From: Terracoccus sp.
GTDB taxonomy: Bacteria; Actinomycetota; Actinomycetes; Actinomycetales; Dermatophilaceae
Length of the DNA: 64,000 bases
Reading direction: 5' to 3'
Assembly: GCA_040007275.1 (NCBI GenBank)
Contig: JBDTVJ010000002.1
Span: 749-64,748 of the forward strand
Made by a program: the position numbers and the translations under genes. Numbering within the stretch: the first letter of the stretch is position 1; the number at the start of each line of letters is the position of its first letter. This document shows, one piece after another, positions 19,270 to 30,096 of this stretch. The notes below the pieces were generated by a model. That model made no database searches and had not been told where the DNA came from. It saw only the letters and a program-made list of their open reading frames with translations.

Positions 19270-20778
19270 TCACCGGATCTCTTGGCCTGCGTTGCGCACG
19301 GAGGAGACGACGTCGAGGACGGCTTGGGTGGTGGCCCCGGCGTACTCCTTCTCCATGATCAGCGACACGTGCTTGGCCCCTGTGATGGTGCGATGGGAAC
19401 TGTTGGTCGACAACGCGGCCAGCTTCGCCTGAGCCGCATCGTGTGTGGCGTCAGTTTCGGCGCCGGCGGTGAGGACGACCAACGGCTTGTCGCCGAAGTC
19501 GGTCAGCAGAGCAGCCTCCTGCCCAGAGGCGTTGGCCTGGACGAACTCGTCGATCCAGCCGGACGCGTAGGCGGCGGTGGCGGTGGCGGCTAGGACTTCG
19601 TCATCCGCTTGTGGTGGCAGGCTGCGGTAGCTGGACGCCCCGACCAGGCCGACCATGCGGACCAGGCCGACTCGTGCCGACGCCGCGCCGAGTGCTGAGA
19701 GGCGGCCCATGGCGTCGTAGGAACCGCCGTCGTAGGCCATGGCCTTGCCAGGGTTGGCCACCTTTGCGGGGTTTGTTGAGTCCACCAGCACCAGCCCGGC
19801 GACCTCGTCGGGGTAGCGGTCGGCGTACGTCAGGACGTAGAGACCGCCGAAGGAGTGGCCGGCCAGCACGTAGGGTCCTGGAACGTCGCCACGTTGCAGC
19901 AGCGTGTGTAGGTCGGTCGCTATCTTCGTGGCGTCCTGGGGACCGTCGGCGGGCTCGCTCCAGCCACGACCCGCTCGGTCGTAGACGCAGACCCGCGTAT
20001 CCCTGGCAACAGCCGGCGCAATCCACCCCATGACTGAGGAGAAGTCACCTCCTCCCGGTTGGAGGACCACCGTGGGGCTGCCGGAGCCGGTGCACTGAAG
20101 GTGCAGGCGGTGGCCGCCGACGTCGATCAACCGACCCGCCATCGGGTACGCGTTGGCGTCCACGGCTTCCCGCACGGTCTCGTAGCCGCCACCGACCGCA
20201 GCCAGCAGCAACACGGCGAACACCGGGTACAGCAGCCACCCTGTGCTTCGGCTAGAAAGCTGTCGACGGGCACGGACGATCATCCAGATCACCAGCGCCA
20301 GCAACGCGGGGGGCCACACCCAGTTGAGAACCTCACGCACCGTCGTGCCGAAGCCGATCAGGAGAAGACCGCCCACTCCCATGAACACGGCAGGCGCAGC
20401 TGCCCACCGCTGAGGTTGATCGGTGAACCTCCCCGACAGCACAGCCAACGACGCCCAGCTCAGCCCGAACCCGCACAAGACTGCACCCGTGACGTCGTCT
20501 TCCTCCGGGCTGATGAACGGTGCCGCAGCGAGAAGTAACGCTGCGATGAGTCCGATGACCAACGAAATGGCCACCACCGAGCCGATGTGGCCCCTCGACT
20601 CGGGACGCAGGTGGAACGGACCGTCCTGGCCCTTGCCCCGGGAGGTAGCGGCGGAAGTAGGGCTGGTAGTCACGATGGGCTCGATTCCATGGAGGCGGCG
20701 ATGACCCGGCCGACGGGATCTGTTGGCGTCAGCGATGCGGCCTTCGTCACGGACATTGGTTTGCGCGTTGGTAGTCAT
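19270..20778 (-). CDS. Membrane-anchored alpha/beta hydrolase
   Basis: N-terminal TMs; YDRAGRGWS, GHSFGG; alternative GTG start at 20673. Confidence 0.88.
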   Translation of the reverse strand: MTTNAQTNVRDEGRIADANRSRRPGHRRLHGIEPIVTTSPTSAATSRGKGQDGPFHLRPESRGHIGSVVAISLVIGLIAALLLAAAPFISPEEDDVTGAVLCGFGLSWASLAVLSGRFTDQPQRWAAAPAVFMGVGGLLLIGFGTTVREVLNWVWPPALLALVIWMIVRARRQLSSRSTGWLLYPVFAVLLLAAVGGGYETVREAVDANAYPMAGRLIDVGGHRLHLQCTGSGSPTVVLQPGGGDFSSVMGWIAPAVARDTRVCVYDRAGRGWSEPADGPQDATKIATDLHTLLQRGDVPGPYVLAGHSFGGLYVLTYADRYPDEVAGLVLVDSTNPAKVANPGKAMAYDGGSYDAMGRLSALGAASARVGLVRMVGLVGASSYRSLPPQADDEVLAATATAAYASGWIDEFVQANASGQEAALLTDFGDKPLVVLTAGAETDATHDAAQAKLAALSTNSSHRTITGAKHVSLIMEKEYAGATTQAVLDVVSSVRNAGQEIR

Positions 20779-20825
20779 GACGGATTCCCTTCCTGGCCGT
20801 CCCGGTGCGGTCGGCCACACGAACC

Positions 20826-20880
20826 ACTCTCGCGGTCACGAACTGTGTTCGCCCCGGCCACATGGCCAGGATCTGACCGG
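20826..20880 (-). promoter_or_regulatory. Operator-promoter copy B (CTGGCCA-TG-TGGCCGG-G-GCGA-17-GAGAGT)
   Basis: Same architecture as the copies at 20973 and 25785. Confidence 0.6.
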
Positions 20881-20972
20881 GAAATGGCGGTGTCAGGCGG
20901 ACTCTTCGGGCTGCCGACTTGGGTTCACCAGAGGGCCGCCGGAGTCCGCGGGACGGCGTGATGGTCGGTATC

Positions 20973-21016
20973 CCGGTCAGATGACCGGTGCGAGCGCCGC
21001 GCCGCGGCGCCAAGGT
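20973..21016 (+). promoter_or_regulatory. Operator-promoter copy A (CCGGTCA-GA-TGACCGG-T-GCGA-17-CAAGGT)
   Basis: Perfect palindrome; architecture repeated three times. Confidence 0.65.
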
Positions 21017-21055
21017 CGGAGGGGACCAACGTGAATCGGAGGGGACCAACGTGAA
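21016..21055 (+). repeat. 20-bp tandem duplication TCGGAGGGGACCAACGTGAA x2
   Basis: Exact direct repeat in the 5' UTR of the HD gene. Confidence 0.95.
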
Positions 21056-21065
21056 AAGGAGAGCC

Positions 21066-21767
21066 GTGAACACCTCAACTGCCGTGGGAACCATCGACTG
21101 GACGACGCGTACCGGCGGGCGACTCGACCCTGCGGAGCGGCGCCGCTTGGTCGCCGACATGGTCCGCGTACACGTCGGCAACGTAGTCGGCCAATTCAGC
21201 CTCCTGGCACACCTCAACCCGGGCAGGAAGGCCTACGTGTCGCCAGCGAGGCTACTGCCCCCGGACTCGCCGTTGCGCACGTACCGTTTCGGCCGGGCCC
21301 TGGGCGAGCTCGACGAGCTCGACGTCGACATCGAGCTGCTCTTTGCCGCAGCGCTCCTGCACGACACCGGCCTCGTCCTGGCCAGCGGGCGGGACGAGGT
21401 CACCCTCACCTCGTCCCAGGTGGCCAGGGAGGTTGCCGAACAGGTGGGCCTGTCCACGGCAGCCACCGAGACCCTGCAGTCAGCCATCACCATGCACCAC
21501 AGCCCTCGCGTCACCCTTGCCGCCGGCGCGGTCGCCTACCTGCTGTCGGCCGGAGCCGCTGTCGACGTGGTCGGGCTGAGGTGCTGGGAGCTGCCGGGCT
21601 CTACGGTGTCCGGCACCGTCGGCGCCCACCCTCGCGAAGGCGTCAAGCGGTATTTCAGCCAGGCGTGGGCGGACGAGGCCGCCCGGGTCCCGCAGGGCAG
21701 GGCGGGTTTGCTGCGCCGGTATGGCGCGTTCACGGCTGCGATCGCCCTTGCCCCCTTCGACGAGTGA
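21066..21767 (+). CDS. HD-domain protein (cyanamide hydratase-like), probable internal in-frame deletion
   Basis: RBS AGGAG; ALLHDTG motif; PPDSPL runs straight into RTYRFG, lacking the usual helix with the NH histidine. Confidence 0.7.
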   Translation: MNTSTAVGTIDWTTRTGGRLDPAERRRLVADMVRVHVGNVVGQFSLLAHLNPGRKAYVSPARLLPPDSPLRTYRFGRALGELDELDVDIELLFAAALLHDTGLVLASGRDEVTLTSSQVAREVAEQVGLSTAATETLQSAITMHHSPRVTLAAGAVAYLLSAGAAVDVVGLRCWELPGSTVSGTVGAHPREGVKRYFSQAWADEAARVPQGRAGLLRRYGAFTAAIALAPFDE

Positions 21768-21867
21768 GCTGACGATCCCGGTCAGGCCAGGTCGACCGGG
21801 GCGAGCTCTCCGCGGGTGGGCGCGGGACGGCGGCTTTGTCGCGGCGGTCGCTGACCTCCGCCATCGG

Positions 21868-22450
21868 TCACCTTGGGTGGCGTCGCGACGCGCCACCTGG
21901 ATGTCCTCGTCGACCAGGTCGGCGTTGAGCTCGATGGCGGCGGCGGACCCCTCCCCAGCTGCGGTAGTCACTTGAGCCTTCGGGCTGGCCACGTTTTGGC
22001 GGCCCACACACCGGGCACGCTGGTTGCGCCCGCAGGCTCGGTGGACACCCAGCCGTCCTCGTCCGTATCGCAGCCGAGGCTGACCAGGAGGGCGTTGTTC
22101 GGAACGAAGCGCGGGGGCACGAACAGCGCAGTCCGTCGGCTGTTCGGCCGTCGTCCATCTCGATGCCACAGGCCCGGTCTTCCTTGATGAGGATGCGGTG
22201 CACGGTGCCCTCGACGACCTCCAGGGCGCGAGCCGTCAGCTGGGTGCGGTGCTCATGGTGTCCGACGGCGAGCAGGTTTTCAGGAGGCATGTCGTCACAG
22301 GACAGGCGAGCGTGCCTGTGCGCCGCCGGCGCGTTACGCGGCGTGCCAGCGTCCACGACGAGGACTCGTCTGCGGGCCCGTGACAACACCAGTGCCGCCG
22401 ACAGTCCGGCGGCGCTGCCGCCCAGGACCACCACCGCGTACCGGCTCATC
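21868..22450 (-). pseudogene. NAD(P)/FAD-dependent oxidoreductase (TrxB-like) remnant
   Basis: VVLGGSAAGLSAALVLSRARRRVLVVDAG..PRN and AQVTTAAGEGSAAAI..NADL lie in different frames; large deletion. Confidence 0.85.
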
Positions 22451-22496
22451 CTCGTAGGATCCACCCTCAGAGCCCGACGGAGCAGACGGTAGATGT

Positions 22497-22856
22497 CGAT
22501 GGGCGGTTGGGGGTCATTCTGCGCGTCAGCTCACCGTGCGGGCACGGTCGCTTGCAGCGAGCCGCGCGCCGAGGTAACGGGCCGTGTCGATGCCGGCGCT
22601 GATGCTCACGTCCGTCGGCGCCGAAGACCAATGCGCCCGGGCAAAGGTTGGTCATCAGCGAGGCCCTTCGGGGCGCGGACCGGCCGCCCATCCGAGGACG
22701 CGAATGACCCCATCCACCGGTCCTGCGAATGGTTGCGAGTCAGCTCGCGACGATCTCCCACGGACCGTCGGCGTCGATCTCCTCGACATCGTCGAACAGC
22801 AGGATTCCGAGGTGCTGACCGTGGGACGTGGGGCGCGGGGTCGCTGACGAAGTCAT
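22497..22856 (-). pseudogene. DJ-1/PfpI family remnant
   Basis: HLGILLFDDVEEIDADGPWEI..*..GRPVRAPKGL..SAGIDTA..ARLA..DPQPP; stops and deletion; not in the ORF track. Confidence 0.7.
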
Positions 22857-22987
22857 AAATTGCTTTGCGTTCGAAGGGTCTGCTCTGCGACTTCATACTG
22901 GCCCGGCGGGCGAGGGTATCGCCCCGGCAAACTGCCGGGACGCAGAATCCGGGGCGCACGGGCCCGGAGGAACGGTACGTTCGGCTG

Positions 22988-25738
22988 GTGCTGTACGGAC
23001 GCGAGCGGGAGCGCGCGCAACTCGCCGACCTGGTGGCTCACGCGCGCGCTGGAACCGCGGGGGTGCTGGTCGTGCTGGGGGAGCCCGGGGTCGGCAAGAC
23101 CGCCATGCTGCACGACCTAGTGACCTCCCAGCAAGAGGCCGCGCCTGGTACAGCCTTGCGCGTGTTGCGCACTGCCGGTGTGGAGTCCGAGTCGCCCTTG
23201 CCGTATGCCGCGTTGCACCGGTTGCTCCGTACGGTGGCGAACCTCGGCCGGCTGCCGGGCCCACAGGCGCGGGCGCTGGGGGTGGCCTTCGGCCTCGAGG
23301 GCGGTCCTACGGTCGAGCCCTTCCTGGTCGGGGTCGCGACCCTGTCAGTGCTGACCGACACGGCCGAACTCGACGGTCCCGTCCTGTGCCTGGTAGACGA
23401 CGCGCAGTGGCTCGACGTGGCATCGGCGGACGCGTTGCTGTTCGCAGCCAGACAGCTGTCTGCGGATCCCGTCGCCATGGTGTTCGCGGCCCGCTCCGCC
23501 GAAGCGGGGAGCCCACCCTTCGCCCCGCCAGGGTTGCCCCTGCTGCAGCTTCATGGCCTCGATGCCGGGGCCGCGCGTCAGCTTCTCGACGAGCGCGGCG
23601 GTGACCCGCTGCCCGGTGAGGTCTCCGACCGGCTCGTGCGCGACACCGGTGGGAACCCGTTGGCCCTGCTGGAGCTCCCCGCCAGTCTCAGCCCGGCCCA
23701 GCTGCACGGGAAGGTGCCGTTGCCCCAACAACTGACCTTGACCGCGGGAGTTGAACGCGCCTTCCTGGACCGGTGTCGCGGGCTCAGCGAACAGGTGCAG
23801 ACGCTGCTGCTGGTCGCGGCAGCCGACGCCACCGGCCGGGCCGACACCGTACGTCAGGCAGCCAGTGTTCTGGGGGTCGAGGCGCCTGCGTGGCGGGACG
23901 CCGAGCGGTCCGGCCTGCTCACCGTCACCGGGGTGGCTGTGGGCGTCCGGCACCCCCTGGTCCGTTCGGCGGTGTACCAGGCGGCCACCAGCTTCGAACG
24001 ACGCCAGGCGCACTGCGCGTTGGCAGACGCGGTTGGTGAGGTCGATCCGGAACGGGCGACGTGGCATCGGGCCGCCGCTGTCGACGGACCCGACGACGAC
24101 GTCGCCGATGCCCTGCACCAGGTGGCGATCCAGGCAGAGCAGCGCGGCGGGCACGCAGCAGCCGCGGACACGTTCGAACGCGCCGCGGCTCTGACGGTGA
24201 ACGAATCAGTGCGGGCCACTAGGCTGTTCCGTGCTGCGCGCAACGCCTGGGCGGCAGGGCAGGCCGTGAGGGCCCGGGCGCTGACCACCTCGGCTCGTGG
24301 ACTCGCCTCCGACCCCTTGCTCCGAGCAGATATCGCTCGGCTGCGAGCTCGCATCGAGATCTACGTCGGCTCCGCGGCCGGCGCGCACCGCATCTTCACC
24401 ATGGGGGCGCGAGCGGTCGCGGACTTCGACACTGGTCGGGCGCTGGAGATGGCCTCGGCAGCGGCTCTGACCCGCACGTACGGCGGCGACAGCGGGGCCA
24501 GCCTCCCCGACGACGTGTTGGCTCACCTGCTGACCCCAATCGACTCCGACGCCGCCCGCACCCGGTGTCTGAGGCTGCTATTGGGGACCCTTACAGCCTC
24601 CGCCGAGAGCGACTGGGCCCGTGCGACAACGACCCTCGAGCGTGCGTTGGACGCGGGACGCCAGGTGGAGGACCTGGATGTGATGGGCAATCTCGGCAAT
24701 ACCGCCCTTAACCTCGGCCACGACGACGGCGCCCGGTTCTATTACTCCGCCATGGTGTCCACCGCCCGCGAGCTCGGGGCCGGCATGGCGGTGATCTACG
24801 GGCTGGAGCGGCTCGCGTTCGCCCAGCTCCCCGCCGCTGACTGGGCCGGCGTCCGCAGCTCGGCGCACGAGGCCCTTGCCCTGGCGCGCAGCGTTGGCCA
24901 GCCAACTCTCACCGCCGCACCGCTGGGCTGGCTCACCCTCCTTGCCGCCTTCACCGGCAACGAGGACTACGACCATCACCTGGCCGACCTCGAAGCCGTG
25001 GTGGCGAAGCACCCGCTGGGGATTCTCACCGATCCCGTCCACGATCTCTCTCGGTGGGCCAAGGGCAGCCGGGCCGCCGCCGACGGCAACGCACCCGCAG
25101 CACTGCACCACCTGGTCGCGATGCGGGTGCCTGCTCTGCAGCGGATGGCCACCGTGGACCGCATCGAGTCTGCCGTGCGCGCCGGCGCCCGCGACCAGGC
25201 GCTAGCCTGGATGGCAGAGTTGACCCCGTTCGCGACCTCAACCAACCACCCGTGGGCGCTGGCCGACGTCGCCCTCGGACGGGCACTGACGGCGGCGAAC
25301 CCCGCGGAGGCCGCCGCAGCGTTCGAGGAAGCGTTGGGCCACTATCGGCACGCTTCCCGTCCGTGCGACCTGGCCCGTTCCCAGCTCTCCTTCGGAGAGT
25401 TCCTGCGGCGCACCAACCGGAGGGTGGATGCCCGCTCGCACCTGCGGTCCGCGCTCGAGACGTTCACCGACTTGGCCGCCACCCCGCTCGTGGCCCGTGC
25501 CACCCAAGAGCTGCGGGCCTCTGGTGAGACCGCTCGCAAGCGCGACCCGTCCACCCTGCTCGACCTCACGCCGATGGAGCGCAAGGTCGCCCAGCTCGTC
25601 AGCACCGGGCTGTCGAACAAGGATGTCGCCGCTCAGTGCTGGGTTTCCCCCCGAACCGTGGCCTTCCACCTGCGCAATGTCTTCACCAAGGTGAGCGTCA
25701 GCTCGAGGACCGAGCTCGCTCAGCTTGACTTCACCTGA
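22988..25738 (+). CDS. Large ATP-binding LuxR-family (LAL) regulator
   Basis: LYGRERE, GEPGVGKT Walker A, LVDDAQWLD, TGGNPLAL, C-terminal LuxR HTH. Confidence 0.93.
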   Translation: MLYGRERERAQLADLVAHARAGTAGVLVVLGEPGVGKTAMLHDLVTSQQEAAPGTALRVLRTAGVESESPLPYAALHRLLRTVANLGRLPGPQARALGVAFGLEGGPTVEPFLVGVATLSVLTDTAELDGPVLCLVDDAQWLDVASADALLFAARQLSADPVAMVFAARSAEAGSPPFAPPGLPLLQLHGLDAGAARQLLDERGGDPLPGEVSDRLVRDTGGNPLALLELPASLSPAQLHGKVPLPQQLTLTAGVERAFLDRCRGLSEQVQTLLLVAAADATGRADTVRQAASVLGVEAPAWRDAERSGLLTVTGVAVGVRHPLVRSAVYQAATSFERRQAHCALADAVGEVDPERATWHRAAAVDGPDDDVADALHQVAIQAEQRGGHAAAADTFERAAALTVNESVRATRLFRAARNAWAAGQAVRARALTTSARGLASDPLLRADIARLRARIEIYVGSAAGAHRIFTMGARAVADFDTGRALEMASAAALTRTYGGDSGASLPDDVLAHLLTPIDSDAARTRCLRLLLGTLTASAESDWARATTTLERALDAGRQVEDLDVMGNLGNTALNLGHDDGARFYYSAMVSTARELGAGMAVIYGLERLAFAQLPAADWAGVRSSAHEALALARSVGQPTLTAAPLGWLTLLAAFTGNEDYDHHLADLEAVVAKHPLGILTDPVHDLSRWAKGSRAAADGNAPAALHHLVAMRVPALQRMATVDRIESAVRAGARDQALAWMAELTPFATSTNHPWALADVALGRALTAANPAEAAAAFEEALGHYRHASRPCDLARSQLSFGEFLRRTNRRVDARSHLRSALETFTDLAATPLVARATQELRASGETARKRDPSTLLDLTPMERKVAQLVSTGLSNKDVAAQCWVSPRTVAFHLRNVFTKVSVSSRTELAQLDFT

Positions 25739-25775
25739 CCCCTTCAGCCCGACCCTCCGCGTCCCTGCCTCGAGG

Positions 25776-25828
25776 CCGGTCACCCCGGCCAATTGACCGG
25801 CGCGAGCTCTCGGCGCTTCGACGACGGT
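25776..25828 (+). promoter_or_regulatory. Operator-promoter copy C (CCGGCCA-AT-TGACCGG-C-GCGA-17-GACGGT)
   Basis: Lies between the LAL gene and the MFS gene; extra half-site at 25776. Confidence 0.65.
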
Positions 25829-25908
25829 GAGACCCATCACCGCCACAACCGACCGTGCGGTGCGACCCAGGAAGCGAACCCGTCAGCACCTCTCGCCAAG
25901 GAGTAGTC

Positions 25909-26355
25909 ATGCACACCGCACCAGCCGCTGAACCGCCCGCGGTCGCCACCGAGACGTACACCGAGACGTACACCGCCCAGCATGCTGCCACCCACCACGT
26001 CGAGACGGATGACGGGCTCCGCAAGTCCTGGCTCGGCCTGGCACTCGCCCTTGCCGCGCAGATCCTGGTCGTCCTGGACATCTCCGTGGTCAACACGGCC
26101 CTGCCCTCGATCGGGCACGACCTCCACCTGGACGGGCCGGACATGCAGTGGGTCGTCACCGCTTACTTGATGATGTCCGGTGGTGGGCTGCTGTTCGGCG
26201 GCCGTGTCGCCGACCTGCTCTCGCGAAAGTCGGTGTTTCTAACCGGCCTGGCCGTTTTCATCGCCGCGTCCATCGTCAGCGGGTTCGCTGGCGGGGCGAT
26301 CGAGCTCATCACGGCCCGCGCCACCCAGGGCCTCAGCGCCGCCCTGATGACACCG
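25909..26355 (+). pseudogene. DHA2-type MFS transporter, 3'-truncated
   Basis: LDISVVNTALPSI..WVVTAY..GGRVADL..QGLSAALMTP, then homology ends; contains a 12-bp tandem duplication (TETY x2). Confidence 0.85.
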
Positions 26356-26359
26356 CGGG

Positions 26360-26815
26360 TCTCGCTGCGCCACGGACGAGGCCCCGGCCGCGTTCGAGCG
26401 GGCACTTCGCATCCGGGAAGCGGACCGGTGGCCGTTCGAGCTGGCCCGGCTTCAGCTCAACTACGGAGAGGGTCTGCGGCGCGCACGACGTTATGCCCAG
26501 GCGCGGAGCCAGTTGATGGCCGCGCTCGAAGGCTTCACTTTGTTGCGGGCCGACCCCTGGAAAGCGCGCGCACGCGGCGAGCTCGACGCCAGTAGCAACC
26601 GGCGCCGCAGTGGATGCAGGACCACGGAACTGACCATCCGCGAACTCGAGGTGGCCACCCTGGCTGCCTCCGGGAGCACCAACGTCCAGATAAGTGCCCA
26701 GCTCGGCACCTCGCCCCGGACGGTGGCCGCCCACCTCAGTCAGGCCTTGGCCAAGCTCCAACTCACCTCGCGAGCAGGACTGCGGACGCGCTGCGTGCTG
26801 AGGACGTCGAATAGC
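26360..26815 (+). pseudogene. C-terminal remnant of a second LAL/LuxR regulator
   Basis: WPFELARLQLNYGE..RR..AR..L..ALEGF..ARGEL and LTIRELEVA..SPRTVAAHL. Confidence 0.8.
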
Positions 26816-27738
26816 GAGAGCTGTCCCGGACCCCAGCCTGACGGGCAGCGGACACCGCCTCCAGGTCATGGCCTGGATTCTTTCGTGCTGGCACAAACAT
26901 CGCCCGCGACCATGGCCGGACCATCAACGGCACCCACCCTTCACACTGCACTTACGGTAGCGCCGAGAGCCGTGACACCTGACGGCCGATACGCGCAGTG
27001 GATGCAGCAACCGGCCACGTCTCGCGGACTGGCAGGCCTAGATTCGTCAGGAGAACTCCGCTACTTCGGCAACCAGCGTCTTGAGGACGTCGTTGAGGGC
27101 GTGGAGCGTTTGGACATGTTCGGTGAGACTGAAGGTATCGGCCAAGAGTTGCAGATCCCGATACCCAATCTGGGTGGAACCTGACCGGGACCACACCAGC
27201 AGCATGGTCGACGGCCACGCAGTCCGAGAGTGGGACCACCGAGTCGAGCAGCCAAATCGACTCGACCCAACTGGTCGCGCATCTGGTTGCCCATTCCGCG
27301 CCCGCTTCTCGCCACGATCGCCGGCGTGAGAGCGCCCACTTGCCGGAGGGCCTGCGCAGCCCGACGCCGAAGTGAGGCATGGTCATGGTCCCGCACGGAT
27401 TCGCCACTCTGAGCGGCGGGTTCACCAGGATCGACTCGGAGTGGAGTTGACTCGCTTCGGCGGACACGTTGGTGTGCCCCAGGTTCCATCGCCTCATCGG
27501 GACTTCTGGGTCGCGTGCCTGACACCAAGGTGGAACGGTAGGGCCGACGGGCTGAGGCGATCCAGGTTCTCGCAGCACCTGAGGCGGCTATCCCCCGCCA
27601 GGACCACCCGTCGAACAGAGGACCGCGGTGACCGCGAAGCTCCAGAAGACGAGTTCGACATCTCGGAGAGCGGCTCGGCCACGAACGGCGGCTCTGAACG
27701 AGAACGCCCCAAAGAGTTCCGGCCCTGATCGACTCGTC

Positions 27739-28473
27739 CTACCGCTTGGTGGTCCACTCGGCCTGTGATCTGGCACTGAACGAGGCGGCGACCACCACTG
27801 CGGTGAGAACCGCGGTGGCGATGGTCAGATCGATGGAGCCGTGCTCGCGCACGGTGAGGGTCGCGCCGAGGAGTCCGCCGAGGAACATCGTGACGACGGG
27901 GACCAGGCGGCGGCCGAGCATGCTGTCGGATCCGCCCGCTGCTTTGGAGTCGCAGGCGATACCGGTGATGGTCAGGGTGAGCACCGTGGTCGTCAGGTCG
28001 GGTACGGCGAGCGTGCGAGCCGTAGCGTTCTGCAGACCGAGTGCCATGCCGAGGGCGGTCACGAAGGCGACGATGGCGCCGTCCCCGGACGGCCGGTCGA
28101 GGGTCAGGCTGAGAACCAAGGCGACCGAGACCAGGACCGTCTATGCGCTCGTGGCCCACTGCAGGTGACCACCGCGGTGGTTACCGCGGGCCAGACCCAG
28201 TCGGCCGCCGAGCAGCGCGCCGAGGAGGAATGTACCAATCGTCAACAGAGAGGCCCACCAGAGGAATCCCTGCGCATCGGCGAGGGCAAAACCGAGGAAG
28301 ACCACATTGCCGGTCATGTTGGCCACGAGCACGTGTCCGAGGAGGAGGTAGCTGAAGGCGTCCACCAGGCCGGTGACGAACGTCAAGAGCAGGAGCATTG
28401 GTGCGAGGGGTCCGTGTGGGTCGTCGGGCTGGGGGGCGATGAGGCGCCAGGCCTCCCCTATGTGGTGCGTCAC
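27739..28473 (-). pseudogene. YoaK/DUF1275 membrane protein, frameshifted near 28140
   Basis: TGLVDAFSY..VANMTGNVV and MGLQNA..DLTTTVLT.TITG split over two frames. Confidence 0.85.
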
Positions 28474-29104
28474 TGCGTGCTCTTGTCGGGGCGCACCTCA
28501 GAATAGGTGCGGGCCAAGTCGCCGCCGCCCAGGGCGTCGAGCACTAAAGGATGGCGCAGAAAGCGCGCAGCATTGTCGGCTGCGGCGTCGTCCGTCGCCT
28601 GCGGTTGAGTCACCATCGCGTTTCGACCGTCCAATCGGGCATCAAGTTGAAACCAGTCTCGTCGGACCGCCACGTGTCTTCATCGGCTATGTGACTGTTC
28701 CTCCCGTCCTCACCGCTGCTAGCCGCGCTCGTATCGGTCGGGTGGGGCCTCCATGTTGGGGTCGGCGTCGACTACTTCGATCCGGCTATGTCGGGGTGAC
28801 ACGAGCGGGCCTGCGGTAGTGGGCGCGTTGCGTGGGTGCTGACAGTCATCGCAGGGGTGGTCATCGTCGATGCGGTGCTGTGTGCGTCTGGGTTGTCCGG
28901 CACACGGCCACCACGGACCGCGATGGTCGGTTCAAAGGAGAGCTGTCGCTCGGGATCCCCGGTGACCGAGCGACGTGCCACGCGCGGTACGAGCAACCGC
29001 GAATGCCTCACGGTTCCCGAGGCCTTGGTCTGTCCCCGGTCCCGCGGTGCGAGCCACGTGAACGAGTTGACCAATCCCCCGCCCTTCATCACTAGTTTGG
29101 GTAC

Positions 29105-29441
29105 GTGCCTCAGTATCGCCACGAGCTCGACGCCGTGCTGCGAGCTCTCGCGGACCCTACCCGTCGGGCGGTCGTGGAACGGCTGGCCGCGTCCCCAGCC
29201 GTCGTGTCCGAACTCGCGGCACCGTTCGCAATGGCGTTGCCGTCGCTTTTGCAGCACCTGCGCGTTCGAGGACGCGGGACTGGTCACGTCGCACAACCAC
29301 GGACGCGTCCGCACCGTGAGCCTCCGGCCGGGCGCCCTGGACGTCCTGCACCTGTGGCTCGGCGAACAACGAACCCCAGCAGAACGCCAAGCCGACCGGC
29401 TCGGCATCCGCCTGATCCGTACCACCGCGAAGGGAACCTGA
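29105..29441 (+). pseudogene. ArsR-family regulator, frameshifted near 29266
   Basis: ALADPTRR..VSELA..QHLRV / EDAGLV..GRVR. Confidence 0.85.
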
Positions 29442-29442
29442 C

Positions 29443-30087
29443 ATGACCCGCGTTCGCATCGACCTGTTCGCCTCACTGGACGGCTACACCTCGACCGGTC
29501 AGACCCCGGAGAGTCCGATGGGTGAGGACTGGGGGCGCCTCACGGCGGCCTACGCCGCGACCAGCACGTTCCACGAACGCGTCTTCGGCGACACCAGCGG
29601 CACCGGCACGACCGGCATCGACGACTCCTACGCCGCCCAGCACTTCGAGGGCGTCGGCGCCGAGATCATGGGCGCGGCCATGTTCGGCCTGCACACCTTC
29701 CTCGACGATCCGGCCTGGAAGGGCTGGTGGGGTGATCAGCCGCCGTTCGGCACCCCGGTCTACGTCCTCACCCACACCGCACCGCGCCCGTCGATCCCGA
29801 TGCAGGGCGGAACGACCTTCCACTTCCGCAGCACCGCGATCGAGGACGTGCTCGCCGAGGCGACCGAGGCTGCTGGCGGCCTGGACGTACGCGTCGGCGG
29901 TGGGATCAGCACCGCGCGTGACTTCTTGCGCGCCGGGCTGGTCGACCACCTACACGTCATGATCGCGCCGATCCTGCTCGGTCGCGGCAATCGGCTGTGG
30001 GACGACCTGCGCGGCCTCGAACTCACCCACCAGGTATCGACGGAAGTAGCCGAGAGCGGCACGATCCACGTCACCTTCGCGCGATAG
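29443..30087 (+). CDS. Dihydrofolate reductase family (RibD C-terminal) protein
   Basis: SLDGY, AEIMG, PPF.TPVYVLTH, VGGG, PILLGRG.RL. Confidence 0.9.
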   Translation: MTRVRIDLFASLDGYTSTGQTPESPMGEDWGRLTAAYAATSTFHERVFGDTSGTGTTGIDDSYAAQHFEGVGAEIMGAAMFGLHTFLDDPAWKGWWGDQPPFGTPVYVLTHTAPRPSIPMQGGTTFHFRSTAIEDVLAEATEAAGGLDVRVGGGISTARDFLRAGLVDHLHVMIAPILLGRGNRLWDDLRGLELTHQVSTEVAESGTIHVTFAR

Positions 30088-30096
30088 GACCTACCC

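Noticed and set aside
26820-27735. Several ORFs in a lower-GC stretch
   Set aside because: No recognisable motifs or codon bias; probably decayed DNA.
28680-28705. CGGCTA-TG-TGACTG as a fourth LAL operator
   Set aside because: Degenerate and lacks the GCGA-17-(-10) module.
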